A stretch of 64,000 bases of DNA, from assembly GCA_963753695.1 (NCBI GenBank), contig CAVWDG010000011.1:100324-164323 (forward strand), in the 5' to 3' direction. Within the stretch, counting starts at the first letter, position 1, and each line of letters begins with the position of its first letter. Of the stretch, positions 33,197-43,122 are shown piece after piece. This stretch comes from an uncultured Actinomycetes bacterium. GTDB lineage: Bacteria; Actinomycetota; Thermoleophilia; UBA2241. A model generated the notes under the pieces. It searched no databases. It was not told the DNA's origin and was given only the letters and a program-made list of their open reading frames with translations. The translations under genes were made by a program, and so were the position numbers.

Positions 33197-34218
33197 GCGC
33201 CGCGCGCCACGCCACGACGACCGTCGCGCGCACGGTGGCGGAGACGCGCGCGGCCGTGGCCACCGGCGAGCGCCCGGTCGGCCTGGTGCCGACCATGGGG
33301 GCTCTGCACGACGGGCACCTGGCCCTGATCGCGGCGGCCGCGCGGGAGTGCGCCACGGTCGTGGTGTCCATCTTCGTGAATCCCACCCAGTTCGGCGCGG
33401 GCGACGACCTCGCCCGCTACCCGCGCGACGAGGCCCGCGACGTCGCGCTCGCGGCCGGCGCCGGCGCGACGCTCGTCTTTGCGCCGGCGGTCACCGAGAT
33501 GTACCTGCCGGGCGCGGCCGTGACCGTGCACGTCGAAGGTCCGCCGGCCGCCGGCTACGAGGCGGCACAGCGGCCGGGCCACTTCGACGGCGTGGCCACC
33601 ATCGTCGCCAAGCTGCTCACGATCGTCGCCCCCGACCGCGCCTACTTCGGGTGCAAGGACGCCCAGCAGCTAGCGGTCGTGCGGCGCTTGGTCACAGACC
33701 TCGACCTGCCGGTCGAGATCGTGGCCGTCGACACGGTGCGCGAGCCCGACGGCCTCGCCCGCAGCTCACGCAACGTCTACTTGAGCGCCGGGCAACGCGC
33801 CGCGGCTGCCGGCCTGCATAGGGCGCTGGTCGCAGGCCGCGCGGTCGCGGCCGACGGCGCCGGCGCAGTCATGACCAGGGTCACCGCCGAGTTGCAGGCC
33901 GCCGGACTGGCGATCGACTACGTGGCCGTCGTCGACCCCGACAGCTTTGTGCCCATCGGCGCCGACGCGACCGACGCCGCGCGACAGTCAGACGCCCCAC
34001 GGCAGCCCGCCACCCCGCGCCGGTCCGACGCCCTGCGCCCGGACGACCTCATCGTGGCCGCCGTGCGGCTCGGCGAGACCCGGCTGCTCGACAACGTAGC
34101 GATCGGCGCGGCGGCGCAGGCCGCGACGACGAACACGACATCACCCGAGCCGGACCCGCGCCGCGGGCCGGCATCGCACGACAAGGAGAGGCAGCGTGGC
34201 GACAGTCATGGACAGTGA
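33193..34218 (+). CDS. panC: pantoate--beta-alanine ligase
   Basis: ...PVGLVPTMGALHDGHLALI...NPTQFG...; GTG start in GTGA overlap with upstream stop. Confidence 0.85.
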   Translation: MSAARHATTTVARTVAETRAAVATGERPVGLVPTMGALHDGHLALIAAAARECATVVVSIFVNPTQFGAGDDLARYPRDEARDVALAAGAGATLVFAPAVTEMYLPGAAVTVHVEGPPAAGYEAAQRPGHFDGVATIVAKLLTIVAPDRAYFGCKDAQQLAVVRRLVTDLDLPVEIVAVDTVREPDGLARSSRNVYLSAGQRAAAAGLHRALVAGRAVAADGAGAVMTRVTAELQAAGLAIDYVAVVDPDSFVPIGADATDAARQSDAPRQPATPRRSDALRPDDLIVAAVRLGETRLLDNVAIGAAAQAATTNTTSPEPDPRRGPASHDKERQRGDSHGQ

Positions 34219-34669
34219 ACGGCGCAAAGCTACGGAGCGCGAAGGCGTGGTACGCGTCGTGACGGACACGATCGAGTTCCCCAGCCGCGGCGACGCCGAC
34301 ATCATCGCGATCTCGGACAAGGTCTTCGAGGTCGTCCGCCACTCAGGGCTGCACGACGGCACCGTGACGATCTTCGTGCCGGGCGCGACCGGCGCGGTCA
34401 CGACGCTCGAGTTCGAGCCCGGCGTGGTGCACGACGTGCAGGAGGCGCTCGACCAGCTCACGCCGCCCGACCGCCACTACGCACACAACGACAACCTGCG
34501 CGACGGCAACGGCCACTCGCACGTGCGCGCCGGCCTTGTGGGCCCGTCGCTCACAGTGCCCTTCGTCGCGGGCCGCCTCACGCTGGGACGCTACCAGACC
34601 ATCGTCTTCTGCGACTTCGACGCGCGCCCCCGGCAGCGCGAGCTGATCGTGCAGGTGATGGGCGTATGA
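34196..34669 (+). CDS. YjbQ/UPF0047 family protein (secondary thiamine-phosphate synthase family)
   Basis: ...HDGTVTIFVPGATGAVTTLEFEPG...HYAHNDNLRDGNGHSHVRAGLVGPSLTVP... Confidence 0.7.
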   Translation: MATVMDSERRKATEREGVVRVVTDTIEFPSRGDADIIAISDKVFEVVRHSGLHDGTVTIFVPGATGAVTTLEFEPGVVHDVQEALDQLTPPDRHYAHNDNLRDGNGHSHVRAGLVGPSLTVPFVAGRLTLGRYQTIVFCDFDARPRQRELIVQVMGV

Positions 34670-35978
34670 GCGACTCGACCGACACAGGCGGGCGCATCGT
34701 CGTGCAGGTCGCCCTCGACTTCGTCGACCTGCCGCGCGCCATCGAGATCGCCCGCGAGGCGGTCGCCGGCGGCGTCGACTGGGTCGAAGCCGGCACGCCG
34801 CTCATCAAGGCCGAGGGCCTGCGCGCCGTGCGCGAGCTCAAGGCCGCCTTCCCCGACAAGCTCATCTTCGCCGACTTGAAGACGATGGACGCCGGCCGCA
34901 TCGAGGTCGAGTACGCGGCCAAGGCGGGCGCCGGTCTGGTCGGCGTGCTCGGCGCGGCCAGCGACTCGACCATCAAGGAGTGCATCGAGGCCGCCCACAA
35001 CTACGGCTGCAAGCTGATCGTCGACATGATCGAGGTCGTCGACCCGGTCGCCCGCTCGCGCCAGGCCGAGGCGTGGGGCGCCGACTACGTGGGCATCCAC
35101 ACCGCGATCGACCAGCAGATGCGCGGCGAGGCGCCCTTCACCACGCTGCGCGCCGTAGCCGAAGCAGTGTCCATTCCCGTGAGCGCGGCAGGCGGCATCA
35201 ACTCCGAGACCGCCGCGGCGGCCGCGGCCGCCGGCGCCGGTATCGTCGTTGTGGGCGGCGCGATCACCAAGGCGGCCGACGCCACCGCGGCCGCCGCCGA
35301 GATCCGCCGCGCCGTCGACACCGGCGTCGCCATCGCCACGACCCTCTACAAGCGGGCCGGCGAGGCCGACATACGCAGCGTCCTCGAGCAGGTCTCGACG
35401 GCCAACATCTCCGACGCCTGGCACCGCCAGCCGTCGCTGCACGGCATCAGGCCGCTGCTGCCGGGCGCCCACATGTGCGGCCCGGCGGTCACCGTGCGCA
35501 CCTACCCCGGCGACTGGGCCAAGCCGGTCGAGGCCATCGACGAGTGCAAGCCCGGCGACGTGCTGGTGGTCGATGCCTTCAACAGCTACCCCGCCATCTG
35601 GGGCGAGCTCGCCACACACAGCGCCGTGGTCAAGGGCCTGGCCGGTCTGGTGGTGTGGGGCGCCATCCGCGACACCCCGAGATCGCCCGCATGGGGTTCC
35701 CGGCCTTCTCGAGCCTCGTGAGCGCCAACGCCGGCGAGCCCAAGGGCTTCGGCGAGATCAACGTGCCGGTCTCGATCGCCGGCCAGACCGTCGAGCCCGG
35801 CGACTGGGTCGTGGGCGACGACGACGGCGTCATCGTGCTGCCCCGGGCGCAGGCCGTCGAGCTCGCCAACCGCGCCATGGACGTGCTCGAAAAAGAGAAC
35901 CGCCTGCGCGGCGAGATCGACGCCGGCAAGACGCTCGCCGAGGTCGCCTACCTGCAGAAGTGGGAGAAGGCGCGCTGA
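34666..35978 (+). CDS. fusion protein: hexulose-6-phosphate synthase-like (KGPDC/OMPDC barrel) N-domain + RraA-like C-domain; frameshift near 35680
   Basis: N-part RIVVQVALDFVDLPRAIEIA...DWVEAGTPLIKAEG (HPS/KGPDC); C-part ...ISDAWHRQPS...GDVLVVDAF... continuing in ORF 34980..35978 (...GFPAFSSLVSANAG...GDWVVGDDDGVIVLP). Confidence 0.7.
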
Positions 35979-36042
35979 CGTCCCCGGCAACCGTGGCGGC
36001 GCGCCTCGCGCCCCCGGCAACCGCGGCGCCGTCCGCGCGGGG

Positions 36043-36264
36043 TCAGGACCCGGCGCGCACGGTGAGGTAGCGCCGCAGCGCGACGAACGTCCAGATGCCT
36101 TCGACCACGCCGAACGGCCAGGCGCCTGACAGAAAGCCGTAGGTGCTCGACAGCGCGCAGCCCAGGGCGAAGGCGGCGATGAAGATGGGGCCGCGCTTTT
36201 CGAGCGCGTACATGAGCATCATGAACGTGACCGCCACGACGCCGTACAGGGTGACCGCGCTCAC
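36043..36264 (-). CDS. small two-TM membrane protein (hypothetical)
   Basis: 73-aa ORF with two hydrophobic helices. Confidence 0.35.
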   Translation of the reverse strand: MSAVTLYGVVAVTFMMLMYALEKRGPIFIAAFALGCALSSTYGFLSGAWPFGVVEGIWTFVALRRYLTVRAGS

Positions 36265-36846
36265 TTACGCTCGCTTTCGTCGTTCGACAGGCAGCGCTCG
36301 CAGCGTACCACCCCGGGCCGCCGCGGCGCCGAGCGCGGCCCGCAGCGTGCCCAGTCGGGGCAGGCTCACCAGGTGGCCGGCGCAGCCGCAGTCCGAGGCG
36401 CCGAAGCGTAGCGCGGCGCCGTCGGGCGCCAACGCTGCGGCGGGCGCGGCCGGGCCGGCGGGCGCCGCCGTTCCGTCGGGCGCCGAGGCTCCATCGGGGG
36501 CTGTCGCGTGCGTGACGGCGGCCCACAGCAGCGCAGCCAGCTCGCACTCGGAAAGCGGCGTGTCGAGCAGCCAGGCGCGCGTCGCCGGGTAGCGCGCGAA
36601 CAGGTAGTCGGCGTGCCAGCGCAGCGGTTTGTCGGCGCGCCGGTGGCGCGCGACGCGAGCGTCGCGCCCGCGGCGCGCGCTGCCCACGTAGGCCTGCCAG
36701 CCGCGCGCAAAGGTGACCGCCCCGAGCGCGCCCACCACGATCGTCTCGCGCCGCGGCACGAGGGTCGCCACGACGTACAGAGAGTTGAGGGCGGCAGCGG
36801 GCCGCGCGGCAGCCTTCGTCGCGCGCGGATCGCGCCGGGCTTTCAC
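36265..36846 (-). CDS. GIY-YIG-like DUF123 family protein
   Basis: ...QAYVGSARRG...LRWHADYLFA...ECELAALL...FGASDCGCAGHLVSLP resembles the DUF123 (Uri-superfamily) motifs. Confidence 0.5.
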   Translation of the reverse strand: MKARRDPRATKAAARPAAALNSLYVVATLVPRRETIVVGALGAVTFARGWQAYVGSARRGRDARVARHRRADKPLRWHADYLFARYPATRAWLLDTPLSECELAALLWAAVTHATAPDGASAPDGTAAPAGPAAPAAALAPDGAALRFGASDCGCAGHLVSLPRLGTLRAALGAAAARGGTLRALPVERRKRA

Positions 36847-36871
36847 CGGCGCCGCATCACGAGTCGGGCCG

Positions 36872-37776
36872 TCACCGGCGCCGCGCGGCGCGGGCCCGGC
36901 GGCGCAAGTTCACGGCGTGTTCGCGGGCCAGCGCCTCGCGGCCGCCGGCGGCCAGGCGCTTGCCGCGCGGCAGGCTCTGGCAGAGGGGGCAGAAGTGCGT
37001 GCCGCGCCCACCGAGCTCGACGCGCTCGATCGGTGTGTCACAGACGCGGCACGGCCGGCCGGTGCGCCCGTAGACGTTGAGCATCGCCTGAAAGTCGCCG
37101 CTCGCGCCGTCGGGGTCGACAAAGGTGTCGATCGAGGCGCCGGCGTGCTCTATGCCGAGCTGCAAGGTCTCGAGCAGGGCGTCGTGCAGGCGCTCGATCT
37201 CGCCGGGACCGAGCGTGCCGGCCGTGCGAAGCGGGTGCAGCCGTGCCCGGAACAGCGTCTCGTCGGCGTAGATGTTGCCCACACCGGCGATGCGCCGCTG
37301 GTCGAGCAGGAACGACTTGAGCGGGGCGGTCCGCTGCTCGAGCGCACGTCGCAGGTAGGCGCTCGTGAAGGCGTCGCTGAACGGCTCGGGGCCGAGCGCG
37401 GCGAAGAAGGCGTTCTCGTCGGCGGCCGGCACCGCCCACACCCGCCCGAAGCGGCGCGTGTCGTAGAACAGCAGCTCGGCGTCGGGCCGCAAGCGCGCGA
37501 CGAAGCGCGGCGCCCGTCCCCCGGTTCGGGGGCGAGCAGGAGACGTCCGGTCATGCGCAGGTGCACGACGAGCAGCATGCCCTCGAGCTCGATGATGAGG
37601 TACTTGCCGCGCCGTCGCAGAGCGACGACGCGACGCCCCACGAAAGCGGCCCGCAGATCGGCGCCGGTCTGGTTGGAGACGAGAGGATCGTTCACCGTCA
37701 CCTCGTCGACCACCAGACCTGGCAGGCAGGTCTCGAGGCGGCGCCGCACGGTCTCGACCTCGGGCAGCTCAGGCAT
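36872..37776 (-). CDS. mutM: formamidopyrimidine-DNA glycosylase; frameshift near 37500
   Basis: N-terminus MPELPEVETVRRRLE in ORF 37150..37776; H2TH and zinc-finger C-domain (...CRVCDTPIERVELGGRGTHFCPLCQ) in ORF 36872..37492. Confidence 0.8.
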
Positions 37777-39205
37777 CGCGAGCGCCCTCCTGCTCGCGCT
37801 CCCACCAGGCCAGCAGGAACGCGCGCGCCTGGTCGGGCGTGGCTACGTCGCCGCACTCGATCTCCTCTTCGAGCACCGCCAGCGCGCGGCCCACCGCGGC
37901 CCCTGGACCCACGCCGAGCAGGGTCATGACCTCGTCGCCGCTCAACAGGCGGCGCGGCGGCGAGGGCGTGTCGCCGAAGACGTCGCGGGCTATGCGAAAG
38001 TGGCGCGCCAGCGACTGCGGCGGCGTGCGCTCGCCGCGGGTCGCCACGCGATCGGCGAGCGACAGCACGATGGCCTCGAAGACGAAGGGCTGCGCGTCGC
38101 GCCGAAAGCGCACCAGCGCGCGGCGTGTGAGGGGCATCTCGCGCACCAGAAAGCCGAGGCGCAGATGCTGACGCACGAGCTCGGCGAGGAACTGCTCGAA
38201 CCGCTTGCTCATGCGCAGCCGGCGACAGACGTCGCGCGCGATCTGTTCACCCAGGCGATCGTGCGAGAGGAACATGATGCGTCCCTCGCCGTCGACCTGG
38301 CGCGCCAGGGGCTTGCCGACGTCGTGGAGCAGCACCGCCCAGGCGAGCGGCGCGAGGACGGGCGCGCCCGGCAGGCCGCACTCGGCCGGCGTCGCCAGGT
38401 AGCGCTCGCCGCCGAGCGCGGTCACGACCTGCGAAAGGAACGAGAGCGCCTCGAGGGTGTGCTCGAAGACGTCGAGGTGGTGATAGGGGTTCTGCGTGAC
38501 GCCGCGACAGGAGGCCACCTCGGGGAGCACGGCCTCGAGGGCGCCGAGGTCGGCCAGGCTGCGCAGGGCAGACGCGACGCAGGGCAGCCCGAGCAACGTC
38601 GAAAGCTCATGCTCGAGACGCTCGGGGCTCGCCGCGGCGAGGCGGCCGGCGGCCGCCCGGGCCGCCTGCTCGACCTGCGGGGCCACGGTCAGGCCGAGCT
38701 CGCAGCGCAGGCGCGCAAGGCGCACCACACGCACGGGGTCGTCGTCGAAGGCGTCGGGAGCACACGCTACAAGGCGCCGCGCGCGCAGGTCGGCGAGGCC
38801 GCCGCAGGGGTCGATCAGGTCGCCCGGCGCCGCGCTCGGCGCGCTCGGCGCGCTCGCCCCTTCGCCCGGCGCCGCCAGCGCGCGGGCCATGGCATTGACG
38901 GTGAAGTCGCGGCCCCGCAGGTCGTCGGCGATCGTGGGGCCGCGCAGTGGGGTCACGTCGACGTGGCCGCCCTCGCAGGCGATGCGCCATGCCGAGAAGC
39001 GCTCGGAGTACGAGAAGGCGGGCGCGTCGAGCGCCGTCGCCAGCGTGCGGGCGAAGCCTTCGGCGTCGCCGGCTACCGCGAGGTCGATGTCGTCGCACTC
39101 GCGGTGCAGCAGCCCGTCGCGCACGGCGCCGCCCACGAGCCAGGCGCCGCCGCTCGCGGCGGCGGCCGGCGCGGCGGCGGCGGCGATGGCGTAGGTGTCG
39201 AGCAT
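37769..39205 (-). CDS. cca: CCA tRNA nucleotidyltransferase with HD domain
   Basis: GGAVRDGLL...DIDLAV...RDFTVNAMA nucleotidyltransferase head and HD motif (LLHDVGKP); 478 aa. Confidence 0.75.
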   Translation of the reverse strand: MLDTYAIAAAAAPAAAASGGAWLVGGAVRDGLLHRECDDIDLAVAGDAEGFARTLATALDAPAFSYSERFSAWRIACEGGHVDVTPLRGPTIADDLRGRDFTVNAMARALAAPGEGASAPSAPSAAPGDLIDPCGGLADLRARRLVACAPDAFDDDPVRVVRLARLRCELGLTVAPQVEQAARAAAGRLAAASPERLEHELSTLLGLPCVASALRSLADLGALEAVLPEVASCRGVTQNPYHHLDVFEHTLEALSFLSQVVTALGGERYLATPAECGLPGAPVLAPLAWAVLLHDVGKPLARQVDGEGRIMFLSHDRLGEQIARDVCRRLRMSKRFEQFLAELVRQHLRLGFLVREMPLTRRALVRFRRDAQPFVFEAIVLSLADRVATRGERTPPQSLARHFRIARDVFGDTPSPPRRLLSGDEVMTLLGVGPGAAVGRALAVLEEEIECGDVATPDQARAFLLAWWEREQEGARDA

Positions 39206-39219
39206 GCCCTGCGGCGCCG

Positions 39220-40434
39220 TCAGGCCGAGTCGCGTGGGCCGTCGTCGGACCGTGCAGAGGCGGGGCGCGCACCCGGCGCGAGCATCGCGACCGGCCAGCT
39301 GGGGACCGCCGTCACGCGTGCGGCCTCGAGGGCTACCGGCGCCTCGACGTAGCGCCGCACGACGCGCGGCGCGATGTCGCAGGCGACCTCGTAGTTGATC
39401 GTGTCGAGCACCCAGGCGACGTCTTCGGCCAGGATGCGCTCGGCGCCCGAGCGGCCGATGAACACGACCTCGTCGCCGGGACGAACCGCGGCCGGGTCGT
39501 CGGGCAGCAACACGGTGAGCTGGTCCATGCTGATGGTGCCCGTGATGCGGCAGCGCCTGCCGGCGATGAGCACGTCGCCGCGGTTGGTGAGCGCGCGCGT
39601 GACGCCGTCGGCGTAGCCGATCGGTACGATGGCCAGGCGCGCGGGGCGCTCGGCGACATACCGCCGGCCGTACCCGACCGATTCGCCGGCGACGACCTCG
39701 CGGATGGCGGCCACGTACGAGCTCAGGCGCAGCGCCGGACGGAGCCCGCGGGGCTCGGGGTCGTCGCCGAAGGGCGACAAGCCGTAGATGGCGATGCCGG
39801 TGCGCACCATGTCGAAGTGCGCCGCCGGTTCGCGCATGGTCGCGGCGCTGTTGGCGGTGTGCGCCGTGAGGCTCGGGTAGCTCGCCTTGAGGTCGGCGGC
39901 GAGCGCCGTGAAGCGCTGGAGCTGGGCGGCGAAAAACGTGGGGTCGCCTTCGTCGGCGGTGGCGAAGTGGCTCATGAGACCCGACAGACGGTCGCCGGCG
40001 GCGGCGGCCAGGGCGGCGGCGTCGTGCTCGCGCACGCCCAGCCTGCCCATGCCTGAGTTGAACTTGACGTGCACGTGGGCGCGGCGCTGCAGCGCCTCGG
40101 CGAGGAACGCCTGCGACCACACGGCGACGTCGGCGTGCGCCTTGACCGCGCGCGAGAGCTCGACGCCGGTCAGCGGCCCGAAAATCAGCAGGGGAGCGGC
40201 GATGGCCGCTTCGCGCAGCTCCTCGGCCTCGGCCACGGTGGCGATGCCCAGCCACGACGCCCCCGCCTGCAACGCCGCGCGGGCCACGGGCACGGCGCCG
40301 TGGCCGTAGCCGTTGGCCTTGACCACCGCGCACAGCGCCGTGCCGGCGGGCAGCAGCGAGACCAGGTAGGCGATGTTGTGACGCACGGCCGACAGGTCGA
40401 CCGTGGCCAGGGCGCGCTGTCGGTCGTCGAGCAC
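39220..40434 (-). CDS. alr: alanine racemase
   Basis: ...AVVKANGYGHG PLP-Lys motif; start taken at GTG one nt after CBS-gene stop (alternative ATG at 40497). Confidence 0.85.
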   Translation of the reverse strand: MLDDRQRALATVDLSAVRHNIAYLVSLLPAGTALCAVVKANGYGHGAVPVARAALQAGASWLGIATVAEAEELREAAIAAPLLIFGPLTGVELSRAVKAHADVAVWSQAFLAEALQRRAHVHVKFNSGMGRLGVREHDAAALAAAAGDRLSGLMSHFATADEGDPTFFAAQLQRFTALAADLKASYPSLTAHTANSAATMREPAAHFDMVRTGIAIYGLSPFGDDPEPRGLRPALRLSSYVAAIREVVAGESVGYGRRYVAERPARLAIVPIGYADGVTRALTNRGDVLIAGRRCRITGTISMDQLTVLLPDDPAAVRPGDEVVFIGRSGAERILAEDVAWVLDTINYEVACDIAPRVVRRYVEAPVALEAARVTAVPSWPVAMLAPGARPASARSDDGPRDSA

Positions 40435-40435
40435 G

Positions 40436-41008
40436 CTAAAGCCCCAGCATGCGGATGACGTCGTGCCGCGCGACGATGCCGACGAGGCGGCCGTCATCGA
40501 CCACGGGCACGCGGTTGACCTTCTTGTCGACCATGATGTTGGCGGCCCGGCCGACCGGGTCGTCGGGCGCCACCGTGAACACGTCGGTCGTCATGACGTC
40601 GCCCACGGAGTTGCCCACCATCTTCTTGAGGCGCTCCTCGAACTTGCGCTGGCTGCCCAGGTAGACGAGGTTGCCGAGCAGCTCGAAGTAGTGCGGCGCG
40701 CGCACGTCGGCGTCTTCGATCACGAGGTCGCCCTCGGTGACGATGCCCACCAGGCGTCGCCCGGCGTCGACCACCGGCACGCCGCCCAGGTCTTTCTGGC
40801 GCAGCAGGAGCACCAGCTCGTGCACCGTCGCCTCGGGGCCTATGGTCACGACGTCGCGCTCCATGACGTCGGCCACGCGCGGGTCGTCGCCCTCCGCCCG
40901 GCCGGCCCTGGCCGCTTCGTCGCCTTCCGCTGTGTCGCGAGTCGCTTCTGTGTCGGCCGTCGCGTCGTGCCCGGCCTGTGCGCTGCTGTCGTCGCTCACC
41001 TGGCTCAC
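40436..41008 (-). CDS. CBS domain pair protein
   Basis: Two CBS motifs (VMERDVVTIGPEATV..., VMTTDVFTVAPDDPV...). Confidence 0.75.
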   Translation of the reverse strand: MSQVSDDSSAQAGHDATADTEATRDTAEGDEAARAGRAEGDDPRVADVMERDVVTIGPEATVHELVLLLRQKDLGGVPVVDAGRRLVGIVTEGDLVIEDADVRAPHYFELLGNLVYLGSQRKFEERLKKMVGNSVGDVMTTDVFTVAPDDPVGRAANIMVDKKVNRVPVVDDGRLVGIVARHDVIRMLGL

Positions 41009-41065
41009 CGTCCCGCTCTCGTCTTTGTGAATGAGCTCGCCCTTGTCGGGCTCGCGATTTGTGAC

Positions 41066-42646
41066 CTAGTCGTGGTCGTGTCCGTGTTCGTGCCCATGAT
41101 CGTGGTCGTGCTCGTCGTCGTCGCCGCGCACCAGGCGCTCGACCGCCAGCGGCAGAAAGTCGAACAGGTCGCTGGCGATCATGCCCTCGGCACTGACCGC
41201 GGTCTCGATCGCGAGGTCGGCGGCCAGACCGTGCACGTAGGCGCCCAGACAGGCCGCCTCGGTGGCCGTGAGGCCCTTGGCGAGCTGGCCGGCGATGATG
41301 CCGGTGAGCACGTCGCCGGTGCCCGGCGTAGCGAGGCCGGGGTTGCCGGTCGGCACGATGAAGGCCGTGCCGCCGGGATCGGCGACGATGGTGCGCGCGC
41401 CTTTGAGCAGCACCGTCGCGGCGCTGCGCCGGGCAGCCTCGCGCGCCGACGAAAGGCGGTGCGCGGCGACCTGGTCGGCGCTCGTGCCGAGCAGGCGGGC
41501 AAGCTCGCCCTCGTGCGGTGTGAGCACGGTCGGGCCGGTGCGGGCGGCCAGCAGCTCGAGGTCGCCCGCCAGCGCGTAGAGGCCGTCGGCGTCGATCACG
41601 AGCGGCGTCGCGGGCTCGGCGACGACGACCTCGCGCACCAGCGCGACCGTGTCGTCGTCGCGCCCCATGCCGGGGCCGAGCGCGGTCGCCTTGAGACCGC
41701 CCATCTGCTCGCGCAGCGCGGCGAGGTCGTCGTGGCCCAGGCGGCCCTTGCTCGCGCCCGGCACATTGATGACCTCGAGGTAGGGCTTTTCGCCCACCAG
41801 GTCGGCGGGCAGCAGGCAGTGCACCAGGCCGGCGCCCGAGCGCAAGGCACCCAGGGCGGCCATGGCCGCCGCGCCGCTCATGCCGCGCGAGCCGCCGGCC
41901 ACCAGCACGGTGCCCACCGAGCGCTTGTGGTCGGCCTCGGTCTTGGGCCGCACGACGAGGCCGGCGGCGAGGCTCGTGAGCACGAAGACGTCGGGCTGCT
42001 CGTCGCAAGCCGGCGGTATGCCGATCGGCACGACCACGACGTGGCCGGCGTGACGGCCGCCGGGGCTGACGAAATGGCCGACCTTGGGCGCGTGCAGCGC
42101 CACGGTGAGGTCGGCCAGCACGGCGGGACCGGCGACCTCGCCGGTCGAGGCGTCGACGCCCGAAGCGATGTCGAGGGCGACGACCGCGGCGGCCGAGGAG
42201 TTCATCTCGGAGATGGCCTCGGCGGCGGCGCCTTCGGCCACGCCGGCAAAACCGGTCCCGAACACGGCGTCGAGCGCGACGTCGGCGTCGCCGACGGGTT
42301 CGACGCCGTCGACGATCTCGACGCCCAGGCGGTCGGCGATCTCGAGGTTGAGGCGCGCGTCGCCGCGGTAGGCGTCGCGCCCGGCGACGGCGAACACGGT
42401 GACCTCGACGCCTGCATTGAAGAGCTCGCGGGCCACGACGAAGCCGTCGCCGCCGTTGTTGCCCTTGCCGGCGTAGATCACCACGCTTTCTGCGTCGAAG
42501 GCCAGCATGAGCTCGCGGGCCACCGCGGCGCCGGCGCGCTCCATGAGGTGGCCGCCGGGAATGCCGACGCCCTCGATCGCCGCCGCGTCGGTGGCGCGCA
42601 TCTTCTCGGCGGTCAGCAGACCGACCGACAGTGACTCGAGCATCAT
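41066..42646 (-). CDS. nnr: bifunctional NAD(P)H-hydrate epimerase / ADP-dependent dehydratase (Nnr) with His/Asp-rich C-terminal tail
   Basis: YjeF-N (AGKGNNGGDG) and YjeF-C (GxGD...) domains; tail DDDEHDHDHGHEHGHDHD. Confidence 0.8.
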   Translation of the reverse strand: MMLESLSVGLLTAEKMRATDAAAIEGVGIPGGHLMERAGAAVARELMLAFDAESVVIYAGKGNNGGDGFVVARELFNAGVEVTVFAVAGRDAYRGDARLNLEIADRLGVEIVDGVEPVGDADVALDAVFGTGFAGVAEGAAAEAISEMNSSAAAVVALDIASGVDASTGEVAGPAVLADLTVALHAPKVGHFVSPGGRHAGHVVVVPIGIPPACDEQPDVFVLTSLAAGLVVRPKTEADHKRSVGTVLVAGGSRGMSGAAAMAALGALRSGAGLVHCLLPADLVGEKPYLEVINVPGASKGRLGHDDLAALREQMGGLKATALGPGMGRDDDTVALVREVVVAEPATPLVIDADGLYALAGDLELLAARTGPTVLTPHEGELARLLGTSADQVAAHRLSSAREAARRSAATVLLKGARTIVADPGGTAFIVPTGNPGLATPGTGDVLTGIIAGQLAKGLTATEAACLGAYVHGLAADLAIETAVSAEGMIASDLFDFLPLAVERLVRGDDDEHDHDHGHEHGHDHD

Positions 42647-43116
42647 CGTCCCTCGCCTTCTGTGGAGCCGGCGACCGCATCGGCGCCGGCGGCATCGTGT
42701 TCGTCGCGGCCGGCGCCCGCGTGGGGGCCGGCGGCATCGCGGATGGCGACGGCCATGGCGTAGGCCATGCCGCCGGTGTGGCTCAGAGACAGTTCTACCC
42801 TCGTGACGCCGAGTCGTCGAGCGATCTCGGCCACCGTGCCATGCAGCGCCACGCGCGGCTTGCCGCCCGACAGCACCTCGATCTCGCGCCACACGAAGCC
42901 GATGATGCCGATCCCCAGCGCTTTGCCCACTGCCTCTTTGGCGGCAAAGCGCGCCGCGTAACGCGGGAACGGGTCGGCGTGGCCGTCGCTGTAGCGGCGC
43001 TCCTGGTCTGAGAAGAGACGTTCGTAGGCGCGCGGCAGACGCTCGAGCAGGCGCCGCATGCGCGCGACCTCGACCACGTCGATGCCCACCCCGCTGACGC
43101 CCGGCGGCAGGTCCAC
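42643..43116 (-). CDS. acpS: holo-[acyl-carrier-protein] synthase with C-terminal extension
   Basis: GVGIDVVEVARM...RFAAKEAVGKALG motifs; exact start (GTG near 43098 vs 43116) uncertain. Confidence 0.7.
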   Translation of the reverse strand: MDLPPGVSGVGIDVVEVARMRRLLERLPRAYERLFSDQERRYSDGHADPFPRYAARFAAKEAVGKALGIGIIGFVWREIEVLSGGKPRVALHGTVAEIARRLGVTRVELSLSHTGGMAYAMAVAIRDAAGPHAGAGRDEHDAAGADAVAGSTEGEGR

Positions 43117-43122
43117 GTGCGC

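Noticed and set aside
32152-34218. 688-aa track ORF
   Set aside because: Overlaps the DUF2520 gene in a different frame; only the C-terminal 341 aa from GTG 33193 is PanC
37769-40333. 854-aa track ORF
   Set aside because: Composite: only the last 478 aa (CCA-adding enzyme) are meaningful; the upstream part is an alternate frame over alr
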